From a virus (Duplodnaviria > Heunggongvirae > Uroviricota > Caudoviricetes), in IMG/VR virus record IMGVR_UViG_3300013104_000019, positions 87,474-151,473 of that record: a stretch of DNA of 64,000 nt; one strand, written 5' to 3'. Within the stretch, counting starts at the first letter, position 1. Each line of letters begins with the position of its first letter. The translations under genes and the position numbers were made by a program. Below, piece after piece: positions 62,754 to 64,000 of the stretch. Under the pieces are notes generated by a model. That model searched no databases. It had not been told where the DNA came from and saw only the letters and a list, made by a program, of their open reading frames with translations.

Positions 62754-64000
62754 ATGCTCAGCGTAAATTGCCTCGAAGCAGTCCTGCCGCTCGCTGAGCT
62801 GATGGACCGCAACAATCTGATGGTGACGCCCGTCGAGGGCACGCCGTTGGATGCGCTGGTGAAAGCCACGCGCACCACGCCGCAATTCGCTCAGCCGCTC
62901 GACGGCAAGCAGGGCGAATACGTCGTGATGACACACGACATCGCCTACATGGCGAACAAGGTCAACGATGCGACGGGCGTGTGCGAGCACAACGTCGCGC
63001 AAGACGCACTCGTCGAGATGGCAGCGACGGCGGTGAAGAATCACCTCGTGGTGCTGCGCACGGCGATCAAGCCCGCTATCGTGGAGCTGCATGACGCTGT
63101 GGCCAAAACCATGAGCGACACGCCCACTTCCAAGCTGATCGGCATGGAAGTGAAAGTCTTCGATCTGCCGGCTCCGATGAAAGTGGCTGCAATCGAGGGT
63201 CTCATCTCGAAGTGGGAAGGCGTACCTTACGCTTCGCCTGCTCTGCGGATGAAGTGCCCGGACGTGACCATGGACCAGATCCGTGACCTGATGAAAACGG
63301 GTGCGGGTGGTTTCGATGGCGAGATCGACAAGTGGATCGCCGTGAAGGGCGACAGCTGGTTCCTCCAGCTCTGGGAAGACGTGTTCCAGACCAAGAACGA
63401 TCGCTTCGAGAAGTTCAACCAAGCGGTGGAATGCCGCGAAGAAGGACTGGATCGTTCGCTCGCTGTCTTCCTGATCGCACGCAAGCTCGCTGAAGATCCG
63501 ATCGAAGGCATCAACATGAGCCTGCCGGCGCTGAAGGCGCTCGCTGGTGAATTCCGTGATCAAGCGGCTTCGCGTATTCAGCGCGGTCTGGACGAGTGGG
63601 CCAAGGTGCTGCAACGCAAGCAGCTGGTGCGTTCGTCGGACGAGTACTGCGTCGTGGTCAACGGCAACGTCTATCGTCCGTGGATCATGGACAAGGGTGG
63701 CGAGATCGACATCCTGCTGGGCAACCTCGTGACCAAGTCCGGCTACACGACCGAAGAGCAGTTCGTGCAGAACGCCGAAACGCTGAAGGCGGCATGGACG
63801 CGCTTGCTCACGCGCACGAGCGCAGCTGACCGTACCGAGCGTTTCACGCTGCTCAAGCAGATCCTGAACAGCGAGTTCCGCAAGTCGATCAACGACCTGA
63901 AGGGCGACGTCGACGGTCCGGACGCTTCGGCAGCTGAACGCGCAGAAGTGTTGAAGCGCTTCGCGCAACTGGTTGCAGCACTGCGTCCGTCGGATTGCAC
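62754..64000 (+). CDS. probable abundant virion protein, truncated by the window end (absent from the ORF track)
   Basis: ATG 3 nt after the previous stop. Reads MLSVNCLEAVLPLAELMDRNNLMVTPVEGTPLDALVKAT..., with MCP-like codon bias. The long antisense track ORF 62535..63968 is consistent with a biased + strand gene here. Confidence 0.75.
   Translation, partial: MLSVNCLEAVLPLAELMDRNNLMVTPVEGTPLDALVKATRTTPQFAQPLDGKQGEYVVMTHDIAYMANKVNDATGVCEHNVAQDALVEMAATAVKNHLVVLRTAIKPAIVELHDAVAKTMSDTPTSKLIGMEVKVFDLPAPMKVAAIEGLISKWEGVPYASPALRMKCPDVTMDQIRDLMKTGAGGFDGEIDKWIAVKGDSWFLQLWEDVFQTKNDRFEKFNQAVECREEGLDRSLAVFLIARKLAEDPIEGINMSLPALKALAGEFRDQAASRIQRGLDEWAKVLQRKQLVRSSDEYCVVVNGNVYRPWIMDKGGEIDILLGNLVTKSGYTTEEQFVQNAETLKAAWTRLLTRTSAADRTERFTLLKQILNSEFRKSINDLKGDVDGPDASAAERAEVLKRFAQLVAALRPSDC

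Noticed and set aside
1-64000. Alternative genetic code, tRNA genes, introns or homing endonucleases
   Set aside because: Core genes are full length in the standard code and end with all three stop codons. No cloverleaf, split gene, or HNH/GIY-YIG/LAGLIDADG motif was recognised by eye. tRNAscan and HMM searches were not run.

Overview
This window is a 64 kb segment of a GC-rich, nucleus-forming-type jumbo phage (phiKZ-like, Chimalliviridae-like). It is densely coding in the standard genetic code and carries the conserved phiKZ-type core. That core includes a DnaB-like helicase, major capsid protein, one non-virion RNAP subunit, portal, baseplate/tail proteins, RuvC, tail fibres, RNase H, SbcC, UvsX, three virion-RNAP subunits and a 2416-aa tape measure with a lytic transglycosylase domain. 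phiKZ gene numbers are recalled family resemblances and were not confirmed by search. No tRNA, CRISPR array, IS element, intron or homing endonuclease was recognised. Signals beyond the core, roughly by interest: (1) a ~120-nt multibranch RNA fold with a possible pseudoknot directly after the capsid stop codon; (2) a tail-fibre adhesin-like protein fused to a non-splicing Hint domain, next to a fibre with an S74 chaperone; (3) a PanD-like pyruvoyl enzyme with an intact self-cleavage site but altered substrate-binding residues; (4) a repeated GGCATA-hairpin-TATGCC cassette at gene junctions, mostly convergent; (5) a NADAR-like protein; (6) two separate spanin-like pairs; (7) a CYTH protein in the lysis-like block. 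The long antisense ORFs in the ORF track are judged codon-bias shadows.
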